Source: an uncultured bacterium (GTDB taxonomy: Bacteria > Verrucomicrobiota > Kiritimatiellia > CAIKKV01 > CAITUY01). From it: DNA of 64,000 bases. Position 1 is the stretch's first letter, and every line of letters starts with the position of its first letter. The position numbers and the translations under genes were made by a program. The stretch covers positions 10,397-74,396 of the forward strand of contig CAITUY010000047.1 in NCBI GenBank assembly GCA_903895695.1, in the 5' to 3' direction. Under the pieces are notes generated by a model, which saw nothing but the letters and a program-made list of their open reading frames with translations, was not told the origin of the DNA and searched no databases. Below are positions 20,593-30,137 of the stretch, in pieces.

Positions 20593-21072
20593 TCATTTGG
20601 CAATTGTCGAGACGCGAGGTTGAGTGTCGTAGCGGTGGCCAACCACGATCACAACATCGTCTGGCGTGCCACCCCGTCCGTCCCCTCCAACTGACATCAG
20701 CACAACTTCGCCGTTTCGTCTCACGCAGACAATGGGTCTATTCCAACCATCCACGAACCTATCGGTGTCGACCGTAACTGTCTTTAGAAGCACTGCTACC
20801 TCCTGAGTCCCCGTGACAACCGAGTGGAGCACATTCGTATGCGTTCCAAAAATATAGTCGAGATATTCCAGGTTGCGGACAGTCCGATAGTCCGCACCCT
20901 CAAGTCGCCCACCGACGAGTCGTGTGTACCGAATCGCGCACCACAGAACGACCGTTACCACCACGACCGCGACACTAATCGCTTTACCGAATGTCGCATT
21001 CCGTCCCTGTAGTATCGTCATTGCAGAGTCCACTGAAGCACGCTTCTCACGGGCCGCATCCATCTGACACAC
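20593..21072 (-). CDS. putative immunity protein (membrane-anchored) for cassette 21155..21913
   Basis: Small ORF immediately downstream of a toxin cassette on the same strand; one TM helix (ISVAVVVVTVVLWCAI); no homology recognised. Confidence 0.4.
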   Translation of the reverse strand: MCQMDAAREKRASVDSAMTILQGRNATFGKAISVAVVVVTVVLWCAIRYTRLVGGRLEGADYRTVRNLEYLDYIFGTHTNVLHSVVTGTQEVAVLLKTVTVDTDRFVDGWNRPIVCVRRNGEVVLMSVGGDGRGGTPDDVVIVVGHRYDTQPRVSTIAK

Positions 21073-21154
21073 TCACGGGCACCCCTGCTCGCGCCGATGT
21101 GACCGGCCCGACCACCCTGCATGTCAAGCCTCTGCGGCAACCTTCATACCGCGA

Positions 21155-21913
21155 CTAGAACGTCTTGTCACCGTTCGTGACTGGCCACCACGATTTCGTA
21201 AACGTCCGTGCCCCTCGATTGTCACGGTATTGGGTGACTTCGACTCCCCATTTCACCATCTTTATGACCGCCCCGCTTTCAGTACCCTTCGTACAAATAA
21301 CCTGGGTAAACATGTCAGACTTAAAATGAACGACCGGTGGATCGCGCAGTCGCACTATAACGTCCGGCCTCGGGAAATACTCATACAGGCCAGGCATATC
21401 GAGCATCATGTGATAGAATCGTTGGGGCTTGTCACTGTCGTCGTAGTAAGTGCCGCCGTGGAGGTGGTCTTTGTAGTATTCGCCCGGCGTCGGTGCTCGG
21501 CCATCGTCCCAAAACTGATAGTCGCGGGCATCCTGTTTGAAGTCGGGAAACTCACAGACGCAATCACATTTCTCATGATCTAGTTGGGCGCTGATCACGA
21601 CAACCACGATGCCCTTATAGGCGGCTGACCTTTCCAAGCCGTCTATTATCCGAATTGTAAACTTGGAGGCATTCACGCACTGTCTCAACTTGTCACTCCA
21701 ACACCCCAGCATGTCCACGCCGTTTTCACAGTCATTTTCCGCAAACTGATAACAGTTTCTGCCCCCTGCTTCCCCAATCGGATCGCGACTCACCCAGCGT
21801 CCTAGTCCTGGCGAGAAGAAACGGAAACCAGATTCGCACCCGCTGAGACGGGGGTATGCGGTTTTTGGGGTACGCAAGGTCGTGCGGCCGAGGGGTGTGA
21901 GGTGGTAGGACAT
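21155..21913 (-). CDS. orphan RHS C-terminal toxin cassette (RHS core tail + variable CT domain)
   Basis: N-terminus MSYHLTPLGRTTLRTPKTAYPRLSGCESGFRFFSPGLGRWVSRDPIGEAGGRNCYQF…DMLGCW matches the last YD repeat and DPxGL tail of RHS cores; unique 190-aa CT. Confidence 0.65.
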   Translation of the reverse strand: MSYHLTPLGRTTLRTPKTAYPRLSGCESGFRFFSPGLGRWVSRDPIGEAGGRNCYQFAENDCENGVDMLGCWSDKLRQCVNASKFTIRIIDGLERSAAYKGIVVVVISAQLDHEKCDCVCEFPDFKQDARDYQFWDDGRAPTPGEYYKDHLHGGTYYDDSDKPQRFYHMMLDMPGLYEYFPRPDVIVRLRDPPVVHFKSDMFTQVICTKGTESGAVIKMVKWGVEVTQYRDNRGARTFTKSWWPVTNGDKTF

Positions 21914-22108
21914 GGTCGACTATTCTCGTGACGGCAACTGATGGGATCGGGCTGTCCCTGCGACGCTTCGTTCAATCCCTATTCTCTATTCTTGGGCCTT
22001 CCAACCCCCGTACCCCTATCTTCTGTCTTCTCGGGCTGACACTGGCGCCCCATTATTCCACTTTGTCACCCTTGTCAGCACCCGACCCCACTCGCGGGCT
22101 ACACAGTT

Positions 22109-22444
22109 TCACACGAAGACCAACTGAAACAGAAGGAATGCAAGAAGAAGCACCGCAGGGCACAACGGGGATGCCTGCTCGCGGCGATACAGGGACATCA
22201 ACCACGCGAAACTTCCTGCAATGATCGAAACTATGGCGACAACATGGGCAGACGCTCCTGAGTGTATCTCCTTCTCAATGGTCAAGTGCAATTGATTTCG
22301 CTCCACAGAGGCGAGCGTAACGGATCTTGCGGCAAGCAAGGCACCGGCAGAGTCGTGACGTTTGCCTTCAATATCCACGATTATCGCGATCAGCAACAGA
22401 CTACAGGCCACCATGAACAACGGCTTCACGGGTGGGCACCTCAT
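22109..22444 (-). CDS. putative immunity protein (polytopic small membrane protein) for cassette 22441..23139
   Basis: ATGA start/stop overlap with the upstream toxin; 3 predicted TM segments. Confidence 0.45.
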   Translation of the reverse strand: MRCPPVKPLFMVACSLLLIAIIVDIEGKRHDSAGALLAARSVTLASVERNQLHLTIEKEIHSGASAHVVAIVSIIAGSFAWLMSLYRREQASPLCPAVLLLAFLLFQLVFV

Positions 22445-23139
22445 TGGCCAATAAGGGCGTCACCACATGCCTCCTGCGCAGAGACAGCACAGGCTTCACG
22501 TCCCACCCCAATAGGACAGTAATGGTGTGCGATCTCGTGGATCAGCAGAGATGCTAGTCCACTGCTCCCCAATTCCTTGCACTGACTTGCACATACGCCT
22601 ATGCCAAACCCAGGCAGCGTCCAAGTTGGGAAACCCAAAATACACGGAATCATCCAGTCTCCGTGGCACGTGATCGTATATCCCGGTATCCAATCGGTAG
22701 ATCCCCCTCCGCCTCCCGAGAAATCGTGACCGTGATCCTCAAACCATTTCCTGCATTTCCCCTTTGGTATGGCAGCATCGACGATTTCCGCCGCCTGCCT
22801 CACTTCCGGACAGCACTTACAGCCGCCAAATTCATGCAGACCTTCTGGGTCTGTCAGTACAGTCGGTTGATTATGCACGAAGAGATACCGCGGCTCCTGC
22901 GACTGATGCTTGATCCGTTCTCGATCCTCTCGCCGGATTCCCCTGCTTCGCGTTTGCAGAAGTGCCTCATCCCCAATTGGGTCGCTGCTCATCCACCGCC
23001 CCATTCCTGGCGAGAAGAAACGGAAACCAGATTCGCACCCGCTGAGTCGGGGGTAAGCGGTTTTCGGGCTACGTTCGTACGCGTACTCCGGCGAGGTACG
23101 CAAGACCGTGCGTCCGAGGGGTGACAGGTGGTAGGGCAT
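22441..23139 (-). CDS. orphan RHS C-terminal toxin cassette with HExxH (zinc metallopeptidase-like) CT domain
   Basis: Leader MPYHLSPLGRTVLR…(8-aa insertion SPEYAYER)…GCESGFRFFSPGMGRWMSSDPIGD…DPEGL; the CT contains LIHEIAHHYCP (HExxH). Confidence 0.6.
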   Translation of the reverse strand: MPYHLSPLGRTVLRTSPEYAYERSPKTAYPRLSGCESGFRFFSPGMGRWMSSDPIGDEALLQTRSRGIRREDRERIKHQSQEPRYLFVHNQPTVLTDPEGLHEFGGCKCCPEVRQAAEIVDAAIPKGKCRKWFEDHGHDFSGGGGGSTDWIPGYTITCHGDWMIPCILGFPTWTLPGFGIGVCASQCKELGSSGLASLLIHEIAHHYCPIGVGREACAVSAQEACGDALIGQ

Positions 23140-23240
23140 GGTCAGTGCGTCAGTTCATTTGCCGATTATCAAGATGCTGGGTGGTCGGCCCAGGTTCAAT
23201 TCGGGAAGCCCGTCCGGTCATAAATGGTCGGCAACAGTTT

Positions 23241-24062
23241 CTACTCGCCCGCCCCTTTGATCGGGGACTGCTGGCCCGCCTCCCAATCGCCTCCTATCTC
23301 TGGAGGCACTTCAAATGACTCTACCGTTTCATTTGTCGTACCAAGTAGACTGCGAAAACGGTCACGCAACGCGTTCATTCCACCTGTTGTTTGATTGAGG
23401 TGCTCAAGAACCAAAGGCCAACTTACTTTTTCCTCATCCGACTTCGTCCAGTTCGTCACGCCAAGATCGAACACCGAATTCACCGGGTCATACGGTTCGG
23501 TATAGGCACAGAACCAATTTGTCACTGATGTTTGCCGCAAGAACAAGAGATACACCTCCCCCGAAACCTTCAAATGAAGCGAACTTGGAGGGTTGGCAAT
23601 GAGGGCCCTCCGAATCTCATTAGTAACTCCGCGCCTCAGATAGAACATATTTATCGCCTCGCCATCGCGGGCGTTCTTGAGACCTTCGATCACGTCAATC
23701 CTGGCCCTACACACTTCAAACGGGTATCCACGTAGCGTTGGATATGTCAGGAATATGCACCCCCCCGTCGCGCCAAGCCGCGCAACCCTCCCCACGACAA
23801 CTTTGTCTGCCCTCCGCACAAGTGTCTCCGCACTCTCGCGTTGCTCACCCCTCGCAAGTGCATACGAGCCACCCACGCCGTAGCAGACTACCCCAATCAC
23901 GAATGATGCCACCATGTGTCTTAGGCTTGCCATTTCGTCTATCATCGTCCTTGTCACTCTGGCCACATAGACCTGCCGCATGCAGGAAGTCTGTTCGATG
24001 CTAATGATCAGTAAATGCTTCTTGTCACTTGAGTTGGGGAGTTGCCACTGCAGCAGTTCCAT
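23241..24062 (-). CDS. putative immunity protein for cassette 24008..24742 (start likely internal, ~23981 or 23945)
   Basis: Directly downstream of the toxin cassette; hydrophobic segment MVASFVIGVVCYGVGG; the called N-terminus overlaps the toxin's 3' end. Confidence 0.4.
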   Translation of the reverse strand: MELLQWQLPNSSDKKHLLIISIEQTSCMRQVYVARVTRTMIDEMASLRHMVASFVIGVVCYGVGGSYALARGEQRESAETLVRRADKVVVGRVARLGATGGCIFLTYPTLRGYPFEVCRARIDVIEGLKNARDGEAINMFYLRRGVTNEIRRALIANPPSSLHLKVSGEVYLLFLRQTSVTNWFCAYTEPYDPVNSVFDLGVTNWTKSDEEKVSWPLVLEHLNQTTGGMNALRDRFRSLLGTTNETVESFEVPPEIGGDWEAGQQSPIKGAGE

Positions 24063-24742
24063 CTCGCCATCAGTGAGCGGTGGATGACATCACCAGAGGG
24101 AGGCGGCAATATTGGATCTTCATTTACTACCCCAGTGTCTCCACCTGAAGGCGAACGTGGATCGTGTGGCCAGTTTGATGTATCAAGCCTATCGTAGTAG
24201 GCGACAGTACCCGTATAGAGCACGTATCCTTTGGAGCATGGCAACCCTCCCGGATCGCTAAAGGCCCATGTATCACGGGGAGGGTCGTCCATGCTCGCAT
24301 CGACGATAGACCACGCCTCCCAATAGTGTTGGTCGGGATCATTGATGGGGTGACCTTGGCAGTCGGTAATTGAAGACGTCATGGTCATCTCTTGAACGAC
24401 GGAACCCCATAGAGGCGAAGGACCTCGCACTTTCCACAACACTGACCACGAAAAGTGGCCACAGTCATCCGGAATGAACACGAGGTCATCCACCGAAAAG
24501 GACAACGAAGTCCCCCCGAGAATAGTCTGCTTACCCGTTCTATCGCACTTTTGCACACTATTGTTCTCGCAGATTGAGAACAGGTTGAGTCCACCTCTTT
24601 CCCCAATCGGATCTCGCGACGCCCACCGCCCGATCCCCGGCGAGAAGAAACGGAAACCAGATTCGCACCCGGTGAGACGGGGGTATGCGGTTTTCGATCT
24701 ACGCAAGGCCGTGCGTCCGAGGGGTGTCAGGGAGTAGGTCAT
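24008..24742 (-). CDS. orphan RHS C-terminal toxin cassette
   Basis: Leader MTYSLTPLGRTALRRSKTAYPRLTGCESGFRFFSPGIGRWASRDPIGERGGLNLFSI…; unique CT. Confidence 0.65.
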   Translation of the reverse strand: MTYSLTPLGRTALRRSKTAYPRLTGCESGFRFFSPGIGRWASRDPIGERGGLNLFSICENNSVQKCDRTGKQTILGGTSLSFSVDDLVFIPDDCGHFSWSVLWKVRGPSPLWGSVVQEMTMTSSITDCQGHPINDPDQHYWEAWSIVDASMDDPPRDTWAFSDPGGLPCSKGYVLYTGTVAYYDRLDTSNWPHDPRSPSGGDTGVVNEDPILPPPSGDVIHRSLMARWNCCSGNSPTQVTRSIY

Positions 24743-24757
24743 GGTCAGCGCGTCAGT

Positions 24758-25207
24758 TCATTCGTCAATTGTGGAAACATGCCCCTGTGGCTTCCGATCT
24801 CTCAGGTTGACGCTCATCAGATAATCCGTAATTGCGGGATTATCGCCACTCCGGGAGAACTCTTGGACTCGATCCCAATACCTCGATCCTTCTACTATCG
24901 CAAGAAGCGAACTAGCACGTTTCGACTTAGCTTCAATGAGTATCTGATAGACAGGGACAAGCAACAATGTTGCCGTCTCACGTTCACGTCGGTCTTTAGA
25001 ACGCAGTTTCGTCGTCAAATACCGAATTCCAGAATCGTTCACAAATGGGAGCACAAGTCTCGCGACTTCTGCCGCGTCAATCTCACCAGGAGACTTCCTC
25101 AAGGACCAGTAGTCATTCGCTTCTGACATGGCCTTGTCGTATCGGTGGGCCACACACCCTGTCATCACAATCCACAGAGGCAAGAGCAAGAACAGCGTCA
25201 TCTTCTT
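24758..25207 (-). CDS. putative immunity lipoprotein for cassette 25227..25889 (the six-frame ORF extends artefactually to 25546)
   Basis: Probable start MKKMTLFLLLPLWIVMTGC (lipobox LxxC) ~20 nt downstream of the toxin stop. Confidence 0.45.
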   Translation of the reverse strand, partial: KKMTLFLLLPLWIVMTGCVAHRYDKAMSEANDYWSLRKSPGEIDAAEVARLVLPFVNDSGIRYLTTKLRSKDRRERETATLLLVPVYQILIEAKSKRASSLLAIVEGSRYWDRVQEFSRSGDNPAITDYLMSVNLRDRKPQGHVSTIDE

Positions 25208-25226
25208 CATGGGGATTGGGTTCCTA

Positions 25227-25889
25227 CTAATTTGAATTAGTATCGTCCCAATCAGTTCCCAAGTCCTCGAACGGCGTACAGGTTTCGCCTTGGGGGCAAC
25301 ACTGGCTAGACTCACCCGTGGACTCAAAATGGTAGTACTGTTTGCCCCCTGGCCCTTTACCCAGGGAGACCTTAGTTTTGCGGTAGTGCCTCCAGAAGAA
25401 CCAATAACGGAAACTAATCCACATTTCTTTCGCAGGAGACATGCAGATGCATTGGTCCCAACCATACGGAATGCCAGGCCCGCCCGGCGAGATCTCCCCT
25501 CTGAATGATCTTGTCTTGCACTGGCCATCGCCCCCGCAAGTCGCACCCTCGCTTAAGCAGTACCGCTGAAGAGGAGCATTGTTACATGCACAACCGTTAT
25601 CCTGCATCACGAGGCCAAGCAGATCCCAACGAGATTCTCCATTGTTACTGAGAAAATCATAATCATTCGCCCCTCTGGAAACGGTCATGGCGTCAACCCG
25701 TTTGCGGACGCTCTGAGCCACAAATGCAAATTTGAAGAAAGTGTGCTCCCACATCGGATCCCGGCTGCACCAGCGACCCACGCCCGGCGAGAAGAAACGG
25801 AAACCAGATTCGCACCCGTTGAAACGGGGGTATGCGGTTTTCGCGGTACGCAAGGCCGTGCGTCCGAAGGGTGTGAGGGAGTAGCTCAT
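25227..25889 (-). CDS. orphan RHS C-terminal toxin cassette (Cys-rich CT)
   Basis: Leader MSYSLTPFGRTALRTAKTAYPRFNGCESGFRFFSPGVGRWCSRDPMWE…; CT rich in Cys/Gly (…GCACNN…CGGDGQCKT…QCICMSP…CCPQGETC). Confidence 0.6.
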   Translation of the reverse strand: MSYSLTPFGRTALRTAKTAYPRFNGCESGFRFFSPGVGRWCSRDPMWEHTFFKFAFVAQSVRKRVDAMTVSRGANDYDFLSNNGESRWDLLGLVMQDNGCACNNAPLQRYCLSEGATCGGDGQCKTRSFRGEISPGGPGIPYGWDQCICMSPAKEMWISFRYWFFWRHYRKTKVSLGKGPGGKQYYHFESTGESSQCCPQGETCTPFEDLGTDWDDTNSN

Positions 25890-25899
25890 GGTCAGCGCC

Positions 25900-26574
25900 C
25901 TACCAACTTCTCAACCACAGGTTCGATAGGAAATAGTCAGAGACGATCCCGCGTTGCGTGTAGTACACAGCCAAATACCAACCCTCCAATGCAGACGCCC
26001 CTCCCTCCGGATGACGGTTCTGAACGACATCCGCGAAACTCACGCATGCTTTGCCGATCCCCTTTTCCAGGCCATAGTCATCGGCATCAGGACCGAAGAT
26101 CGTCTTGATAGTCGACATACGCGTTCCAACACGCAGCGACTTACTGTCTAGTAGCGAAACACAGAATGCCAGCTTGTCGTGGCGGTTGCTGCATCCCAGG
26201 TACTGCACCTTCAGTATCTCCGCGCTGGTGTCGGCCTTCGTGAGGTGACCGTATACCTCGCCTAAGACGGGCGCCTTACTTACCGCCCTGACGGCATGTA
26301 TGCCTTCCGGACTTTGAACCGTGTCTTGACCCGCTGCATGGCGGGTGAGTGCCGCGCAACCAAAGCCAATCATAATCATGGCCGCAACTCCGCATGCGTC
26401 CAGCGCACACCGAAGTATCGTTGAGGCCAAGTGACCGTCACTATCTCGGTCAGTTGTCATCAGGCGTAGGTATCTGGTGTTTGGGCGTTTGAATGCAGGT
26501 GGCTCCGTATATGGTGGCAGGAAAGCCGGGGGGCTTCGGCATCTTTCTGCATATGGTGAACCATTGCTCTTCAC
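25900..26574 (-). CDS. putative immunity protein for cassette 26450..27235 (start likely internal, ~26460)
   Basis: Downstream partner ORF; signal/TM-like stretch ILRCALDACGVAAMIMIGFGCAAL. Confidence 0.4.
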   Translation of the reverse strand: MKSNGSPYAERCRSPPAFLPPYTEPPAFKRPNTRYLRLMTTDRDSDGHLASTILRCALDACGVAAMIMIGFGCAALTRHAAGQDTVQSPEGIHAVRAVSKAPVLGEVYGHLTKADTSAEILKVQYLGCSNRHDKLAFCVSLLDSKSLRVGTRMSTIKTIFGPDADDYGLEKGIGKACVSFADVVQNRHPEGGASALEGWYLAVYYTQRGIVSDYFLSNLWLRSW

Positions 26575-27235
26575 CAGGTCTGGCCATTTGGTCGGCGTAT
26601 ATGTAATAGCCCTTCTGGATCAGGACGTAGTTCCAGTATGAGTCATTATCGGTTCTTGCACTCGTGATCGCGTGACAACTCACGCCACCATCTGGAAGCT
26701 TCTTCGGTTCCCCATCCTTCCATTTCCCCTGTTTGGCCCACGTCAGGCAGCATGGTTTCGCCACGAGTTTTTTGCATTTCGCGCAGTCTTTTCGCGCATC
26801 GTCCTCGGTAAGCCAACACTTCGTGTCAGGCCAGTTTTCCGGCCAGAACTTGCCATCCCCAGCAATGCAGGTAACCCCAACGCAACCACGATCAAGTTGC
26901 CGCTTTACGTACGCATCCACGCTGACACCGTGGTCTTTTAACCAGTCCTCAAACTGGTCTCGGTCCATGTTGATACACTGATCCACAGGCGGTTCACTCT
27001 GTTGCTCACTGGGTTCTGAGGCCAGCCCGAGACGATCACGATAGCCCAGAGGTTGGTTGCTGAGGCATATGTATCGATTCATGCCATGTCTGGCACTAAT
27101 CGGATCCCTCGACGCCCACCTTCCCATCCCTGGCGAGAAGAAACGGAAACCAGATTCGCACCCGGTGAGACGGGGGTATGCGGTTTTCGATCTACGTAAG
27201 GCCGTGCGTCCGAGAGGTGTGATGGAGTAGGCCAT
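26450..27235 (-). CDS. orphan RHS C-terminal toxin cassette (Lys/Cys-rich CT)
   Basis: Leader MAYSITPLGRTALRRSKTAYPRLTGCESGFRFFSPGMGRWASRDPISARHGMNRYICL…DRLGL. Confidence 0.65.
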   Translation of the reverse strand: MAYSITPLGRTALRRSKTAYPRLTGCESGFRFFSPGMGRWASRDPISARHGMNRYICLSNQPLGYRDRLGLASEPSEQQSEPPVDQCINMDRDQFEDWLKDHGVSVDAYVKRQLDRGCVGVTCIAGDGKFWPENWPDTKCWLTEDDARKDCAKCKKLVAKPCCLTWAKQGKWKDGEPKKLPDGGVSCHAITSARTDNDSYWNYVLIQKGYYIYADQMARPGEEQWFTICRKMPKPPGFPATIYGATCIQTPKHQIPTPDDN

Positions 27236-27296
27236 GGTCAGCGGGTTAGAGCGTTTGCGTCTTGCGAGAATTGGTGCAGTTGCCTGTTGGCTTTAT

Positions 27297-27743
27297 TCAA
27301 TGTTCGACTTCCGCATCACCAAGGCCGGCTCCCGGCCGCTTGGCAGCGACACCAAACAAGCGAAGCAGGCCAATAATCTTGCTGTCGCGGACTACCTCAT
27401 CATCGGCTTCGCCCATAGATAGAACGACTCCACTCAAACTGCTCAGGGCCAAGGCCCAGAAGTCCCTGCCGCGGAGCCCATGAAGCACTTTGTCCTCAAC
27501 AGGAATCGACGCTTTCCCATGCTGAATGTCATCTGCCAGGTACCTGACGAGCGTCTCAGTTGCAGCACCTTTCGTGACCCCTTGCCGAAGCTGGACTGTC
27601 ACATAAAACGCATGGTGCATCACAACGCACCTCTCCCCTGAAAACAAGTCGTGCGGAGCCTGAGGCCTGGCGCTGTAACACCCTCCAAGCAGCAGAGCGA
27701 AGAGCAAAGGCGTGCCTTGCCGCAACAACCTTTGTTGATTCAT
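27297..27743 (-). CDS. putative immunity lipoprotein for cassette 27740..28492
   Basis: ATGA overlap with the toxin stop; lipoprotein signal LLFALLLGGC. Confidence 0.5.
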   Translation of the reverse strand: MNQQRLLRQGTPLLFALLLGGCYSARPQAPHDLFSGERCVVMHHAFYVTVQLRQGVTKGAATETLVRYLADDIQHGKASIPVEDKVLHGLRGRDFWALALSSLSGVVLSMGEADDEVVRDSKIIGLLRLFGVAAKRPGAGLGDAEVEH

Positions 27744-28492
27744 AGCTCATCGACCCCCAGTTGCACGCTGAACCATCCGCGGGGGGTGCCCTTCCACCGC
27801 ATGTATCCTTTCTTCGGTATGCTACTGGCATTCCACGTCGCAGTACCGGCAAAGCCCCACCATGTCTGTACTGATGGTGCCTCTTCGACATAGTCATGCG
27901 CCTGAAACCAATACGTTTGCGGACTAACGGGACGCGTTCGACTCACATCGGCGTTGTGCGGATCATCAGTAAGCCACCATCCTCCGTAGAATCCTGGATT
28001 GGGCTTAGCCGAACCGTAGTCATCAGGCAGGACTATATCGTCATTAGGAGGCGAGTCAGAATCGTCGCGCAACTCTGCGCCTTGGTGCAGATGACAGCCG
28101 CTGACATCGCCCCCTGCGCTATGGGTCACAACCGCCTTGACGCCGACACCGAAATCCCAAAGATACCCTGGCCTATTCGGATCTGTCGGTTGATATTTCA
28201 ACTCTCTCGTTGCGCTTGTCCAAGAGAGGTCGATTCGACAGTTGCCGGGGTCTATCGCACAGATGCAACACGCCTTCCTCAGGCCCAGATAATCTAGCGC
28301 AGTGTCCGGGCAGTTCCTAATGAAGCAAAGCAAGTTGCCTCCGCCTTTCTCGCCGATCGGATCGCGGCTCATCCAGCGTCCGATCCCCGGCGAGAAGAAA
28401 CGGAAACCAGATTCGCACCCGTTGAAACGGGGGTATGCGGTTTTCGATCTACGCAAGGCCGTGCGGCCGAGGGGTGTGAGGGAGTAGGCCAT
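27740..28492 (-). CDS. orphan RHS C-terminal toxin cassette
   Basis: Leader MAYSLTPLGRTALRRSKTAYPRFNGCESGFRFFSPGIGRWMSRDPIGEKGGGNLLCF…DYLGL. Confidence 0.65.
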   Translation of the reverse strand: MAYSLTPLGRTALRRSKTAYPRFNGCESGFRFFSPGIGRWMSRDPIGEKGGGNLLCFIRNCPDTALDYLGLRKACCICAIDPGNCRIDLSWTSATRELKYQPTDPNRPGYLWDFGVGVKAVVTHSAGGDVSGCHLHQGAELRDDSDSPPNDDIVLPDDYGSAKPNPGFYGGWWLTDDPHNADVSRTRPVSPQTYWFQAHDYVEEAPSVQTWWGFAGTATWNASSIPKKGYMRWKGTPRGWFSVQLGVDEL

Positions 28493-28556
28493 GGTCAGCT
28501 ATTCTCGTGGAGGAAACCAATACGATCAGGATGTCCTGCGACGCTGCGCTGAATCC

Positions 28557-29060
28557 TCATTCTGTATTCTTGGGTCTGCCCCGTGACTGCGCTTCTTCTG
28601 AAGCCGCAGCACCAAACCCATTGCCCTCAAGTCCAGGCGCTGACGATGTCACCACAGTGACGATATCGTCTTCCGTTCCGAAAACACGGTCGGGACCCGC
28701 CGATGACACCGTGCAGACATTCTGACGGACTTGGCACCTGAAGGGAGACCCCCACGGATCGGGTAATATGGCTTCCTCACGGGGCATCAGATCGGAGAGG
28801 GACTCGGGCCACTGCCCATGTCGAGCATGGTAGTCCGCCGCCACGTCGCCCAGCCGTTTCACGTAGCGCAGCACGCCTTCTGCTGCCTCTCTATTCCGTT
28901 GCGCCCTGACTGCTCTCACTGCATCGGCACTCCACAACCCAACGAGCCCAATGACCAGACACGCAACTCCGATCAGAAGCACGACTCGGTGTCTATTGAG
29001 CCATAAATGGATGGTTCCGCCCGCAGGGTCTGCGCACGTTTTACTGTCGGCCATAGGCAT
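28557..29060 (-). CDS. putative immunity protein with GspG/type-II-pseudopilin-like fold (degenerate, no GFTLIE motif); six-frame ORF extends to 29198
   Basis: TM helix VVLLIGVACLVIGLVGLW, then …AEGVLRYVKRLGDVAADYHARHGQWPESLSDLMP…LPDPWGSPFRC…SSAGPDRVFGTEDDIV, which parallels the GspG signature (…Y.LDNG.YP…GL.AL…DPWGNPY…S.G.DG..GG.G.DADI). Confidence 0.4.
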   Translation of the reverse strand: MPMADSKTCADPAGGTIHLWLNRHRVVLLIGVACLVIGLVGLWSADAVRAVRAQRNREAAEGVLRYVKRLGDVAADYHARHGQWPESLSDLMPREEAILPDPWGSPFRCQVRQNVCTVSSAGPDRVFGTEDDIVTVVTSSAPGLEGNGFGAAASEEAQSRGRPKNTE

Positions 29061-29814
29061 CGTGTAGCATCCATTCGTCTTCCAGCTCCCCGAACACCGA
29101 GAAACTCGGGTCCTGAAACAAGTTTCTCTTCCATGCATAGAAGTTGAGCCACCGTACCCAGATCCACTTGTTTGCCGGGTTGCCATCAGGCAAAACATTG
29201 AACGTGTAATACTTCGCCATCTTGACCGTCATCTTGCACGACCCCTCACACTCACATCGACCCTGTGAGTCAGCACACCCGCATCGCCATTTACAGTCGG
29301 CGAACAGTGACACCTGCCAGTTCCCCGCGTACGCAAGGCCAAACAACGATACGGCTGCCGGCATTACATCATCGAACACCTCTGCCGAATGCGGTGGTGC
29401 GGGCAATCGGATATTCTCGATTGCGGCGCCCATGCATCGAAACCGTGTTCCCAAAGCCTTTTCTACCGTCAATCGCCAATCCTTCATGTGCCACGACGTC
29501 TTAAGGCGAGAAAGCACGTCGTCTGAAAGTCTCCCGCCTTCTGGGGCGAACGAGAAGTAGTTGATGAACATCTGCCAAGGACCATCGAATGTCCACTCGA
29601 CCAACCCTGCGGGGTCGGCCCTATCCGGCGAGTCATTGGCACAGAAAACATATGCGTCGAGTCCGCCCATCTCCTCAAGCGGATCGCGGCTGATCCAGCG
29701 TCCGAGTCCCGGCGAGAAGAAACGGAAACCAGATTCGCACCCGGCGAGACGGGGGTATGCGGTTTTCGATCTATGCAAGGCCGTGCGGCCGAGGGGTGTC
29801 AGGTGGTAGGGCAT
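29041..29814 (-). CDS. orphan RHS C-terminal toxin cassette (six-frame ORF begins at 29925; conserved start at 29814)
   Basis: Conserved leader begins at the internal Met: MPYHLTPLGRTALHRSKTAYPRLAGCESGFRFFSPGLGRWISRDPLEEMGGLDAYVF…DPAGL; Cys-rich CT (CKWRCGCADSQGRCECEGSCK). Confidence 0.6.
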   Translation of the reverse strand: MPYHLTPLGRTALHRSKTAYPRLAGCESGFRFFSPGLGRWISRDPLEEMGGLDAYVFCANDSPDRADPAGLVEWTFDGPWQMFINYFSFAPEGGRLSDDVLSRLKTSWHMKDWRLTVEKALGTRFRCMGAAIENIRLPAPPHSAEVFDDVMPAAVSLFGLAYAGNWQVSLFADCKWRCGCADSQGRCECEGSCKMTVKMAKYYTFNVLPDGNPANKWIWVRWLNFYAWKRNLFQDPSFSVFGELEDEWMLHDAYGRQ

Positions 29815-30137
29815 GGTGAGGGTCCAGGTTCGTACGGCCAGCGCACGGTTCCCGATCCATATGGTGAGGTTATTACAGCCCCTCGACGGAGGAACACCGT
29901 CGTCTTCCATGCAACGCTGTCCCACTCTGTTGCAGGATGATGGGCACTCAGACTCATGATCCCATTCACATTTTCACCGATAGTCACGCTACCATCGGGA
30001 TCGCCCTCCAACTCGGCCGCATTCGTACCAGGAAACGTTATGCTCTGAACCACTCCATACAGGCGACCCTCTGACATGACGCGGTCACCGACGCAGACAA
30101 CCTCTCCCGTATGATACCGGAAGCAATCGCGCTTCAC
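29799..30137 (-). CDS. putative immunity protein (small beta-rich) for cassette 30134..30847
   Basis: ATGA overlap with the toxin stop; homologous in outline to 30909..31151. Confidence 0.45.
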   Translation of the reverse strand: MKRDCFRYHTGEVVCVGDRVMSEGRLYGVVQSITFPGTNAAELEGDPDGSVTIGENVNGIMSLSAHHPATEWDSVAWKTTVFLRRGAVITSPYGSGTVRWPYEPGPSPCPTT

